Part shown: positions 23,761 to 36,600 of the stretch, one piece after another | Layout: each line of letters opens with the position of its first letter | Numbering within the stretch: the first letter of the stretch is position 1 | Source: the human T2T-CHM13v2.0 reference genome, Homo sapiens | DNA length: 64,000 nt | Assembly (NCBI RefSeq): GCF_009914755.1 | Contig: NC_060929.1 | Direction: 5' to 3' (one strand) | Translations under genes and position numbers: made by a program | Notes under the pieces: model-generated | Told to the model about the DNA's origin: nothing | Seen by the model: the letters and a program-made list of their open reading frames with translations, nothing else | Database searches by the model: none

Positions 23761-24789
23761 AGACACAATATTTTTTCCCAGTGTAGGAATAGCATAATTT
23801 CTTCCATTATTTTCCTATTGATGGACATTTGTGTTAGTTTCTTTGTTTGCCACAGAGGACTGGTGCTTTCATTTCTCTTGAAAAAGTTTACAGAATGAAT
23901 TTTTCCAAAAGGTTTTCCAAAAGGTTTACATAATTCACGCTTCTATCAAAAGTGTACAAGAGTGCCTATTTTCCACACCTTAGTCAGTCTAGGATGTTAC
24001 TAATTGTTCTAATTTTTTTCAAGTTTAGGGCACAAAACATGTTATCTTCCTTCAGCACATATTTCCAGAACTATGGGTGAGGAGTCTTGAAACCAGTGTA
24101 AAGGACAAGAGCGTGACAGCTGTTCACTAAGCCATACAGAAGATTCCAACTTGGAAAGAAAGGAAGCCAATCAAGATTTTCTAAACAACTTTTCAAAGAA
24201 CAGTGTATACGTGGGTCTAATTAATAAGCAAGATTTAAATTCAGACCCAGCAAACTTTGTTGAGGTCCAATTGTGTTTCAAGCTTTTCATTAGGTTCTTT
24301 TATACACATTGTTTCCAAATAAACAAATCTATTCATAAATATTAAGCTTATATAGGTTTTCTACTTCGTAAAAAATGGAATAAAATCTGCAGGAAAAGGA
24401 GAATTTTCTACATGCCCTGCATCTTCCTCTACTGTTTTGACAGGTATTCTAAAGCCAGAAAAATTTGAAGGCTCAGACAGCTGTATATTCTGTAGTCTTC
24501 ATTGCTATGTTCAGTGCTTCTTGAAGTTTAGCATGCATAGAATTTGTAGAGTATCAGGTTTTATATTTTCAAATATGTATTATACTTTATGTGCAGGTTA
24601 AGGAATTTCCAAAGATAATTTTAACTACACTAGATTTTTCACTTCTGCAGTTTCAGAATTTAACATTTAGTTAAGACATAACTTCTCCAGACTTATATTT
24701 ATTTGCTGTAGTCATTTCCTCTTCTACAAACTTCTAATTTATATCCTTTGTTCTCTTTTCTGCTGTGTTGTTAGTCTTTTTTAAAATGG

Positions 24790-26400
24790 CATATAGAACA
24801 GTTTCTCTACCAAATCTATTGCAAATATTTCCTCCCAGTGTCATCTTGTTTCTTTGATCTTTGTAGATGGTATATGTGGTCATATAGAAACTATTAAGCA
24901 GTTAAAGCTGTCCTTTTTTCCCCTCTAATGACTTCTGTATTTCTTATCTTGCCTGATAATGTTTTCCATATCATGGCAATATGTATTGATTCTCATATAT
25001 TTTAAAATTCCTTTTATAATTTTTAAGTTTTATGTATCTTCTAATCATGTGAAATATATTTTAAGTGTACTGCGTGAAATAGGAACCTATGTGTTTTCTT
25101 AGTTCTCACCTGGAATTGTAACACTGCCCATTAAATAAGCCCTTTTTCCCTTTATAATACATTAAGTTCCCATATACAGTTGGATCTGTTTCTGAAGTCC
25201 CCATGATCTGCTTACTTCTGTGTCAATACTATACCATGTGATTACAATGACTTTAAATTCTAATATTTGTTAGAATATGTAGCTCCCTTCTTTCTTGTTT
25301 TTCAAAAGCTTCTTGATTATTATCGCATTTGTATTCTTCCTGATGAAGCCAAAATAGCTTGCTGGTTTAGCTGAGCCAGACCATCTAGGTTCGAATCCTG
25401 CCACTTACTAATTGTGTGAGCTTGAGAAATTACATAACTGATTTTTGCTTCCATTTTCTTACCTGTAAAGTGGGACTAAACTAATACTACTACCTCCTTG
25501 TCAGGTTGTGAGCATTAACGCATATAAGATGTTAAAATATTGCCTGGCTGGTTTGTTATTTACTACTGGGTGAAAAAATAAAAAATAAAAACAAATAGTG
25601 CTTGGCACATAGTAAGCACTCAATAAATGTTAGCTATTGTCAGTTTCCAAAAATGAAACAAAAAGTACAAAATTTTGATTTGAACTGCATTGAGTTTCTA
25701 GATTAACAGGAATAATTTATAATTTCATGATATTAAGTATTTTCCTTTAAGGAAAATAGAACTTTCCATCATTTCAGGTTCTGTTGTATGCCCTTCAATA
25801 CAATCTTATTTTTCTTCTTTCGTCTCTATCTAGCTTAATTTATTCTTGGGTATTTTATGGGTTTTGTTTCTATTGTAAAAGGAATAATTCTTTTCCATTT
25901 CCATTCTGATAAGGTTATTTCTAGTATAATGGACAAATATTATTTTGTATACTGACTTTATATTCTGTCACTTTTCAAGTCATATTTTGGGTTGTCTGTG
26001 TATAGAAATCATATTGTCTGTATATAATGCCTTTTTGACTCTTATTTTCTAATACTTCAATTATTTATTTTTAAATCTTATTGTGTTATCTTCTAAAGAC
26101 TGTGAAAAATGGTGAAAACAGTGAACATTTCTGAATTAGATTTGATTATAATGTGCATGCCTTTTAGTATTTCACAATTTAACATGATGTTTATGAAGCT
26201 TAGGCTTTTTCTTCTCTTAATTTACTTGTGCTTTAAAAAAAGCACTGCTGAATTTTATCAATAGATTTTCAGCATATGTTAATAAGATCATACAGAATTT
26301 TTGGTTGATAGATTTTTGTAACATTGAATCATCTTCATATTTCCAGAGTAGACTCTACTTGGCACTGTGAATTTGTTCACTCTAATGTACAATCATGATT
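24790..26400 (-). mobile_element. Highly diverged L1M ORF2 fragments with embedded MIR (~25370-25640, +)
   Basis: T-rich antisense ORF2-like sequence; MIR core ggttcgaatcctgccacttac...gcttggcacatagtaagcactcaataaatgttagc. Confidence 0.6.
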
Positions 26401-26483
26401 ATGTTCAAAACCATCTATCATATGTCAGCATACTTGAGTATACCCGTACTTCTTAGGAAGGCACTCATAGCTCCCATGATATA

Positions 26484-26553
26484 TTAGGTTGGTGCAAAAG
26501 CAATTGTGGTTTCTACCATTACTTTCAATGCAATTACTTTTGCACCAACCTAA
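26484..26553. mobile_element. MADE1 (Hsmar1-derived MITE) with ~10-bp internal deletion
   Basis: TIRs ttaggttggtgcaaaagcaattg and caattacttttgcaccaacctaa. Confidence 0.93.
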
Positions 26554-28261
26554 CTGAAGCCTATCATTATAAACTGAGCCTTCACTTCTCTTCCACAAAT
26601 TCTGGATCATTTTTCCTTAACAGAATAGAACTTACACTTTAAAAACTTGTATCTTCGTCCTTCACTCTTGACCAGGGCTGCCTTCCCTTCTTGTTTCCCG
26701 TGTCTTTCTACCCAGTCTTCAAGGACCATTTCACTAGCACTTTATATCTTTATTTTCCATTACCACATTCTATCTCAAATGTCATATTTGTCATTTTAAA
26801 TTATGAACCTTTAAAATCATGGAATAGAGTATTTAAGCTTCAAATTGAAAATGAATTATGCTAGAGGCTACAAGGATAGAAAGATGTCTTTACGAGCACC
26901 TGATCCAGCTGAGTAGAAACATCAATGGGAATCTAAATAAAGTTGGCGAATCCATGGGCAGTTTGTTCTCTCTCTTCTCCTACACTCATGTAATGCATCC
27001 AATCTGCTTTGGCACCCTGTTTGAGGAACCCAGGTATACCCTTAGAATCCTTCTCAATACAGTGCTCTAGGCAGCCATTACCAACTGATAAAAATTAGCA
27101 CTTAAAATGAAACCCTGTCCATTCAGGAGCTATAATAAAAGACTGACTGTAATATACTGAAGGTATGAAGTCATTGGGAGAGAAGGACAGTGGATCAATT
27201 ATGATGGGAGAAGACTCTCAGGAGGCCTCATAAAGATAACCATGGAGCAGGGTCTGAAAATATGTGCAGGACTTTGACAAGTGAAGATTTGGAAGGAGGG
27301 AGCATCAGAAAAAATCAACATGAGCCCGATGGTAAGCAACCATCAAAAAGCGCATCACTAGATTGTATGAGAAATAAGGTGGAAAGGAAGACTGATATAC
27401 AGTGAGGCCCAGCTAAGGAGGTTTCACTCTGTGGGCAACATGAAACCATCACAGGCTTTTGAAGACAGAAACAATAGAACCAGGCTCCAGTGAACACACA
27501 CTTACTGCCTTACATGTTTTATGCTCTGGGCCAAATGCTTAGATTTCAGCAATGAACAAAACCCTGGCCTTTTCCCTCTGTAAGAGGGATGAGAGTAGAG
27601 AAATCCCATGGTTCTAGAAATTATTTAAAAGGATTTACAACTGTTCAGTTTAAGTCACAAGAGCTTGATCTGACCAGTGGTAACAAAAACAAAAGATGGA
27701 TTTGAGAGTTTGAAGAGATTCTATCAACTGAATTTGCCAACTGACAAGATGTGGGAAACAGTGGGTGAGTCACACAGAAGTTTGAGCTGCGCTCCTGGGA
27801 GGATGGTGACACCCACGGTAGACAGCAGAAATGAGAGGAGAAGCAACTCCAGGCCACCACTCTGTCAGCTCCAGGGATCGCCCAACTCCATAAAAGAACA
27901 TCAAGAACTTTAGTGGATCTAGAGAGACATCTCCTTTCAGGCCCACTATAGTGGTTCCAAGAAGAAAATCAGCAGGCTGATTATGGAGGGATGCTAGAAA
28001 TAAATGTGTATTTCTTTATTGTAAAGTATCTTTAAAAAAGTGTTCATGAAGCTTCCAAACATAAAGATATCTTAGGAAATATGTATCTGAAGTGCTAGGC
28101 TCACATATATTAAAAGCTCTAAAACAAACTTGGTTCACCTCTGAAATTTTAAATATCCTGAATGATATATCTAAGTTGTCTGCTCTTGTGGTCTGCTTTT
28201 TGTAACCAAGAAAATGGCACTTTCACAGAATTTAGCAGTTATAAGAAGTTAATGATCTGTG

Positions 28262-28596
28262 CAGTTATTTTTAGTGCCTTCGTCTATTTTGGACACTAGT
28301 TCCTTGTTGGATGTATGACTTGCAAATATTTTGTCCTAATCTACGGATGGTCTTTTCCCTGTTAATTGTTTTCTTTGTTGTGCAGAAGCTTTTCAATTTG
28401 ATGCAATCCCATTTGTCTATTTTTGCTTTTGTTGCCTCTGCTTTTGGGGTCTTATCAAAGAAATCACTTCCAAGACCAATGTCACAGAGCTTTCCTTGAT
28501 TTTTTTCTTCTGGTAGTTTTACAATTTCAGGTCTTATGCTTAAGTCTTTAATCCATTTTGAGTTGATTTTTGTATAAAGAGTGAGATAAGAGTCTA
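28262..28596 (-). mobile_element. L1MA-type ORF2 segment (non-inverted part)
   Basis: Antisense ORF2: gtgcagaagcttttcaatttgatgcaatcccatttgtctatttttgc. Confidence 0.88.
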
Positions 28597-28945
28597 AAAA
28601 CGATATGGCATATCAATAAATGTGGCTCACCATATTCAAAGAATCAAGGCCAAAAACCACCTTATAATCTCAATGGATATATGAAAAGCATTTGACAAAA
28701 TTCAACATTCTTTTGTGATAAAAGCTCTCAACAAATTAGTTATATAAGGACTGTTTCTCAACACAGTAAACACCATATATGACAAGTCCATAGCTAACAT
28801 CATGCTCAACACTGAAAATTTGAAGGCTTTTCCTCTAAGATCAGAAACAAGACAAGGATACCCACTTTCAACACCCCTATTCAACATAGTACTAGAAGTC
28901 CTAGCCAAGGCAATTAGGCAAGAGAAAGAAATGAAAGGCATTCAA

Positions 28946-28981
<36 letters not shown>

Positions 28982-29680
28982 CTAAATGCCATCCCAAACT
29001 GTTAGAATTGATAATGGAATTCATTAAAGTTGCAGGAGACAAAATCAACTTACAAAAACCAGTGGTATTTCCATATGCCAACAACAAACTATCTGAAAAA
29101 GAAATTAAGAAAACAATCCTATTTACAATATCATAAAAAATACTTAGGAGTAGGTTAATCAAGAAGGTGAAAGATCTGTGTATTAAAAACTATAGAACAT
29201 TGATGGGAGATATTGAAGATGACACACAAGAAAGGAAGGATTGTACATATTCATGGATTAGGAGAATTAGTATTGTTAAAATGTCCATACTAATCAATGG
29301 GATCTACAGATTCAATGCAATCTCTATCATAATTTCAATGACGTTATTCACAGAAATAGAATAAATAATCTAAAATTTGTATGAAGTCATAGACAACCCT
29401 GAATGACCAAAGCCATCTTCAGTGAAAAGAACGAAGCTAGAGGCATCACACTATCAGATTTCAAAATCGATTACAAAGTGATAATAATCAAAACAACGAG
29501 GTACTGACATAAAAATAGACATACTAACAAATGAAATAAAACAAAGAGCCCAGAAATAAACTGATACATTTATGATCAATTGAGTTTTGATAGAGGTGTC
29601 AAGAATACACAATGGGGAAAGTACAGTCTCTTTAATAAATGGAGTTGGAAAAACTATATATCCACCTGCAGACAATGAAA
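28597..29680 (+). mobile_element. L1MA-type ORF2 (RT) segment, inverted part; contains (AC)16 at 28948-28979
   Basis: ORF 28802: [43 protein letters not shown]. Confidence 0.9.
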
Positions 29681-29689
29681 AAAGCTCAA

Positions 29690-31125
29690 AATTGAAAATT
29701 CAGAGTTCTAGGCACAGTTTGAAAATTAAGAAGTTTCTATGGTAATACTCAAAAGTTTGGGGGCTAAAGCCAAAAATCAGATGCAAAGTACAAAGTTTTA
29801 AGTTGCAGATTATAACACAGGATAAATTCACAGCCTTATCAGGTCACTTACAGGAAAGTCAGAAAAAATCATGGAAGAGTAGTTAATAACAAGAGCATTC
29901 ACATCTTCTATCTCAGCAAGCCACCATTTTTGCAGAAGGCCTTCTTGTCTTGCTTGAACTGGAGTCATTACCATACATGGTGATGCCAAATTTCCTTATG
30001 CTCAACTCCTCCTTCCCTCATTTTAGATAGACTAGTGGCTCTGGCTGGACTTCAGGAATCTGAGGGTAGGACCCAGCCTGATAATCAATTTTTCTTTTCC
30101 CAACAGCCCCTCAAGTAATTTCAATATGCAGACTAGCTTGATCCTTGTGCCAGTTATAGAAGCAAGTCTTTGTGAAAACTATGCACAAAGATTCTCCAGA
30201 CTTTTCTTATAGATATCATGAAACACCTGAGTAATATGTGTGGGAATCAACAGAAGGGTCCCAGTGACTTTAGGCTCTGCTGCTTGGGAGGTCTTTTTAC
30301 ATAAATAAAGAGAGCTTCCACCAGAAGATATAAAGGTGCTGGTAAAATCGAAGTCGGGAATGCCTCCTGACCTTTTTGAAATTTTCATTACAGGAAAAAA
30401 TAAAGGGGTTACTCTGTTAGCTGGCATGATTGATTCTTTTAATTTTTAATTTTAATTTTTAATTTTTGTGGGTACATAGTATATATATATTTATGGGTTT
30501 CATGAGATATTTTGATACAGACATGCAATGCATTATAATTTCATCAGGTTAAATGGGATACTCATCACCTCAAGCATTTACCCTTTGCGTTACATACAAT
30601 CCAATTATATACCTTTAGTACTTTAAAATGTACAATTAAATTATTTTTTACTACAGTCACCCTGTTGTGCTGGCAAATTCTAGGTCTTATTCATTCTTTC
30701 TAACTACTTTTTGTACCCATTAACCCTCCGCTCTTCCCCTCAACCCCCAACTACCCTTCCCACTCTCTGGTAACCATCCTTCTACTCTCTATCTCCATTG
30801 TTTTAATTTTTAGCTCCCACAAGTAAGTGAGACCATGCAAAGTTTGTCTTTCTGTGCCCGGCTTATTTCGCTTAACAAAATGATCTCCAATTCCCTCCAT
30901 TTTGTTGCAAATCACAGAATCTCATTCTTATTATCAATTAAAAAGCAGGAGGTTTATTGTAGCACTGTACAGTGGGGGAGGGGTATGCCTGGCTTCTAGG
31001 GAATTTCCTGGTGTGCTCTTAGTATTACCATGCCAAGTGGATTGTAGATTGGTTACATTATTCCATAAATGTTTCATACACTCAGGCCATGATCACTGCA
31101 GATCTAACTTTGTCTGTCAATAAAG
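29690..31125 (+). mobile_element. ERVL-type internal remnants including dUTPase-like segment, split by an L1MA
   Basis: aaaggggttactctgttagctggcatgattgattct = KGVTLLAGMIDS (dUTPase motif 3-like), resuming after the L1 as ...LLVLPCQV. Confidence 0.6.
30436..30929 (-). mobile_element. L1MA2/3-like 3' end
   Basis: tttttgtgggtacatagt...catcacctcaagcattta...tctttctgtgcccggcttatttcgcttaac. Confidence 0.88.
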
Positions 31126-32442
31126 CCCACTTAAAGTTAAAACTTCGTGACAGATATTCAATTTTCGACTTTTAAAATTTAGCAATGTTGTCAAAGATAT
31201 CATTGAAGATTTCTACTTAGTCATGACCAGTTTCTACTTAGTCATCTCTTCTACTTTCTATGACACTGAAAACATGTGTACAGTCTATGACACTGAAAAC
31301 CTGTACAGTGAAATATCCATTAAGTGGAAATCAAAGCTTTTTAAAACCTAATTTTCAAAAACAGAATTCAAAAGCCACAGAGATATTCAAAGTTCAATGA
31401 AGCTCAAGTATCTGTCAAGGAAACACTATGATTATCTGGAAGTCAATTGATTAAGTGACTTTAAAGACCTTACACAGAATGGGAAAAATTATGGCAAATA
31501 ATGGGTGCACCCCACTACGTATGTCAGCCGTGGTGTCTAATTTACAGCCGCAATGGAAAGAAAAGCTTATGCTTGGTTCCAAGTAAATGTAAATCCCTTG
31601 CCCCTTGCTCATAGCTGATTAGACATGAGCTGGGTGTCTAAACTAAGGGCAGACAGTGAGCAGGCTGGCTGGTGCCAGGTTGTTATTTAGCAGAGAGCAT
31701 TAGTAGGCAAAGATGATTAGAATGAATTTCAGAGAGAAGAAAAAGTTAACAGTAGCTGCTAAGCTGAAGAGTCATAATAAAGAAGCTGGAGAGGCCAGAA
31801 GGCCACGTGTAACCTCAAGTCAGGAAACAGATGCTATAATTAGCAGAAGTATGGGGTGGAAAACTACATATAGTAGAGGGTGGAGTGTGACATTGTAACA
31901 GGGCATACAGACACAGACCAAGCAACCAAAGCACAGTAATGACAACATTGGACAGGAGAGTGAAGATCTATGAGCTCCCACTGCTGAAAGCCTGAAGTAC
32001 GTCTGGGAGCTGAGGGTCCACTGCTCCGTACTCTTGAATGTCTGTGTGGTTCCTGCTGACCTTCTTACCTCTTCTGGCCTTCTTTGAGACAGCTTCAATG
32101 AGTCCTTGGCCCTTACAACAGAATATAATAAGAAAAGAACGAGACCGAGCAAAAGAAGCCAAGGATCAAGAGAGCAACCAGTTAACACAGGAAATCCATG
32201 AGTGTCAGAATACAGTAATATAGGGAAAGTGAGCTGCAGAGAGAGGCTGCAGACAGAAATCACTTCATGCATCCACCTTCTTCCTCCACAGTTCTGTGTG
32301 ATGCTCATGCACAGCACCCCTGAGGGACTAGCTCACCACTCAAAGGCCAAATAAGGTCAATGCTCTGCAGCTACTAAGTAAGGAAAAACTTCATGTTTTT
32401 TAAAATGAATATTTCAACAAGAATTGGGAGAAAGTCTATGGT

Positions 32443-32572
32443 TAGGATGGCCATGTAACTGATCATTCAAAATAGGATACTTTGGAGAGTGAAAGGGAGT
32501 GCTATTAATAATGATACGGTAGAAACAGGTAGAAACAAAACTGTCCCAGGTAAACTAGAATGCATGGTTATA
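32443..32572 (+). mobile_element. MER94 (hAT-Blackjack)
   Basis: ggagagtgaaagggagtgctattaataat...ctgtcccaggtaaact. Confidence 0.75.
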
Positions 32573-33164
32573 ATGGTAAGTTAGCCTTCAGATTACCAGA
32601 AAGCAGAAAAGGCCAATCCTCTGGTCATAACAAAGCTTTACTATACTTTGTTTTTGAACTGAACTACAACCCTAGGTTTAATTCTGGGGTTTTGGTTTCC
32701 TGGTGGTCCAAACTAAACAAAATGGGCCAATAAATACTCAGACCCAATAAATGGCAACATTTATTGCTGTTTAAAAAAGTATGAAATTCAGTGCTCCCAG
32801 AATGTCTTTTCTGGGACTCCCACAACACTGATTACTCACCCGTGGATTGTCTGCTAAATTGACTGCTCTGTGTGGCATTGCTTCATTATCACTAATAACC
32901 TTTCCGCCTACACATACAGTATATAAAATAACCTGAGCCAAAGCAAATAAAATTCTCTTTTCTTAAGCCTTATGTAGATGGACCACTCTCTTTTTAAATT
33001 AGACCATGTAAACAGACTTTGTGTTGCAAGATACAAATTTTGTTGAAGAAAGCACAGGTGAGATAGCAATTATTTAACTTCAGCCAAAAATACTATCCTG
33101 TCTGATATTTGTTTTCTAATCTTTAAAATAGGTAATAGATATCTCATAAACACTGTTCTGATTA

Positions 33165-33472
<308 letters not shown>

Positions 33473-33696
33473 TGTAAAAGTGTTTGTAACTGTAAGAAAT
33501 TGTTCAAATATAAGTGGTTATTTAGATGCAGGTGATGAGGAGATCTATTATAAGATAGAGGAAATATTACAGGAGTCAGAGCACAAAGACATGGACACAA
33601 AGCCTAGTTATGGTATTAAATTGCTGTGAGGCATAGGGAAAGATTTTGAGCTCTAGAAGCCTCATTTTCTATTTCTTTAAAAAAAGTCCTTGTGAA

Positions 33697-36600
33697 TTTT
33701 CTTTCCTTTTCTCAAGATAGCTGACCAGAGACATTGGATGCTAGTTCTCCTCAGAAAGATTAAAGTGACTGTGAATAGACAAGTTCTAAATGGGAAAGTG
33801 AGGGAAGAGAGCCAGGACCTCTTGGAGAATCCATGGGAAGAAGCTGGGGCACAAACAAGGAAAGCAGCAAGAATCCGGCATAGATTGACTCCCAAAGAAC
33901 TCAAACCCCATGGAAAGACTTGGTGAGAGCACTTCTCTGCTCCTCTCACCTCTCTGACAATCTCCGGACAGCCAGACTGTTGGGGAACCCCTCTGACCTT
34001 GTGACTCAGGGCAATGCTATCTGTGGTGATTTGGGAACTTCCTGGAGACAGAGAACTTGGTGGCCGGTTTGCACGAGTATGGTTGCACTCCCCTCAGGTT
34101 TGAAATTAGGTATCAGGTGCCATACTGATTGTACACTTGTGGTGCCACTGCCTTGCATGTGGTTTCTCTGCCCTTGAGTTACTCCACCACCAAATCCCCC
34201 ACAAATATACACCACAACCTGCTCTGACATTGGCAAGCACAGCTTACACAAAGAGCAGGGTCCAACTCCCACTCCCTACACAGAACGGCAGCGTTCTAGC
34301 AAGGGAGGACAGATAAGTTGCAGAGTTGCCTGATCTGGCCGGGGAAGAGGTTCTCGCCTGAGCCCATTTTGGTGGTAGCCCTCAGAGGGGTATATCCATG
34401 GCCTGTACCTGCACTGCAGTGGGGAACCAAAGGACAAAGTCTTTGTGAACCGGAAGTCATGAACCCTGCAACAGGGAAGTGATAGAGAAGCAGATCACAT
34501 ACCTGTTGGCTCAAGATGAGGAGCTGATGCATGCTCCACCACTTTCCCCCAAGACTTCAGTGTACCACAACACAATCTCTTCCTGCCAATACCCCTTCAG
34601 GGTGGGTGTTTCCACTCAACATCAGCCTACCTAAGATCAAGTCAGCTCCTATTCTTAACTGCTATATACTGGACTGAAGCCTGAGCTGCACCACCCAACA
34701 CAAAACCTGCTACCAGAGGGCTTAGTGCTAGTCCATGAGATAAGCTTCCTGAAACTCCACACTCTCAGCCCCACAGGAGGTCATATGTTGGCTCATGCAT
34801 CCAATACACCAGTACAACAAGCAGCATCTGAGAAAGCCACAGCATAGAAGCTATATACAACCCAAGAGACACATCCAGAGCCTTAGCCCTCTGCAAGTAT
34901 CCAGAAAATAAGTCAACTGATTATATGCAACATGCACCACAGTCATACCCTCAAGGGAAAAATGATATTTTTAAAAAAGTCTCATAGAAATGATGGCGAA
35001 TTCAAAAATAAGAAGCAGATGAGAAGGAATCAGCACAAAAAACTCCAGCAGTACAAAAAGCCACAATGTCTTGATACTTTTAAAGGACTACTCTCACTCT
35101 CTAGCAATGGATCCTAACCAAATTAAATAGTTTGAAAAAACAGATAAAGAACTCAAAATATAGGTTGCAAGGAAACTCAGTGATATCCAATAGAAAGGAG
35201 ATATCCAACACAAAGAAGCCAGAAAAACAATTCAGGATATGAAAGACAAGATAGCTACATTAAAAAAAAAATAGAACTCCAGAATAGAAAAGTTCACTAA
35301 AAACATGCTTTAACAATAGACTAACCAAGCAAAAGAATGAATTTCAGAGTTTGAAGATCAGTCTTTCAAATTATCTGAGTCAGACAAAAATTTAAAAAAA
35401 ATTAAAAAATGAACAAAGCTTTCAAGAAATATGAGATTATGTAAAGCAAACAAATCTATGATTTAATGGCAGTCTGAGAGAAAAAAAAAGTAGGAACTCA
35501 GAAAACTTATTTCAGGGACTAGTTCAAGAAAATTTTCCTAATCTTGCTAGTGAGGTCAACATCCAGATACAGGAAACTCAGAGAACACCTGCAAAACACT
35601 ATACAAGATAACCACCCCCAAGACATAGAGTCGTCTGATTTTCCAAGGTCAACATGAAAGAAAAAAAAATCTTAAAGGAAGATAGACAAAACAGCCAAAT
35701 TACCTATAAAGGAAATCCCATCAAACTAACAGTGGACTTCTCAGCAGAAACCTTACAAGCCAGAAGAGATTGGAGGCATGCTTTTAGCTTTCTTTAAGAG
35801 AAAAATGCCAGCCAAGAATTTCACGTCCTCCTAAAAAAATTAAGTTTCATAAACAAAGGAGAAATAAAGTCTTTTCCAGATGAGCAAACACTAAGGGAAT
35901 TCATCACCACAAGACTGGTCCTACAAGAAATGGTCAAGGAGTTCTAACCATGGAAAGAAAGAATGTTATATGCTATCATAAAAACACAGTTAAGTACAAG
36001 GCTCGGCTAACAATACTATGACGGGAACAAAATCTCATATATTAACATTAACCTTGAACATAAACAGCCTAAATGCTCCACTAAAAAGACATAGAGTGGC
36101 AAACGGGACAACAGCAACAAAGATCCAATTTTTTGTTGCCTTCAAGAGCACATCTCATGTGGAATGACATCCGCAGGCTCAAAGTAAAGGGAAAATGAAG
36201 GATCTAGCACACAAATGGAAAACAATAAAGAACTGTGGTTGCTATTCTTGTATCAGATAAAACAGAGTTTAAATCAACAACAGTAAAAAGGACAAATAAG
36301 GGCATTATGTAATGATAAAAGATTCCTCCAACAAGAAGACTTACCTATCCTGAATATATATGCACTCAATGTTGGAGCACCCAGACTTACAAAACAAATA
36401 CTGCTAGACCTAAGAAAAGAGATAACCAGCCATACAATAATAGTAGGGGGCTTCAACACTCTACTGACAGCACTAGATAGATCATTGAGGCAGACAACTA
36501 ACAAAGAAACTCTGGACTTAAATTGGACTTTTGACCAAATGGACCTACCAGACATCTACAGAATAATCCACCCAACAACCACAGGATATACATTCTCATC

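Noticed and set aside
31820-32317. 165-aa minus-strand ORF with hydrophobic stretches
   Set aside because: Non-ATG start and no recognisable domain; only the 43-nt splice-bounded part is kept as a candidate.
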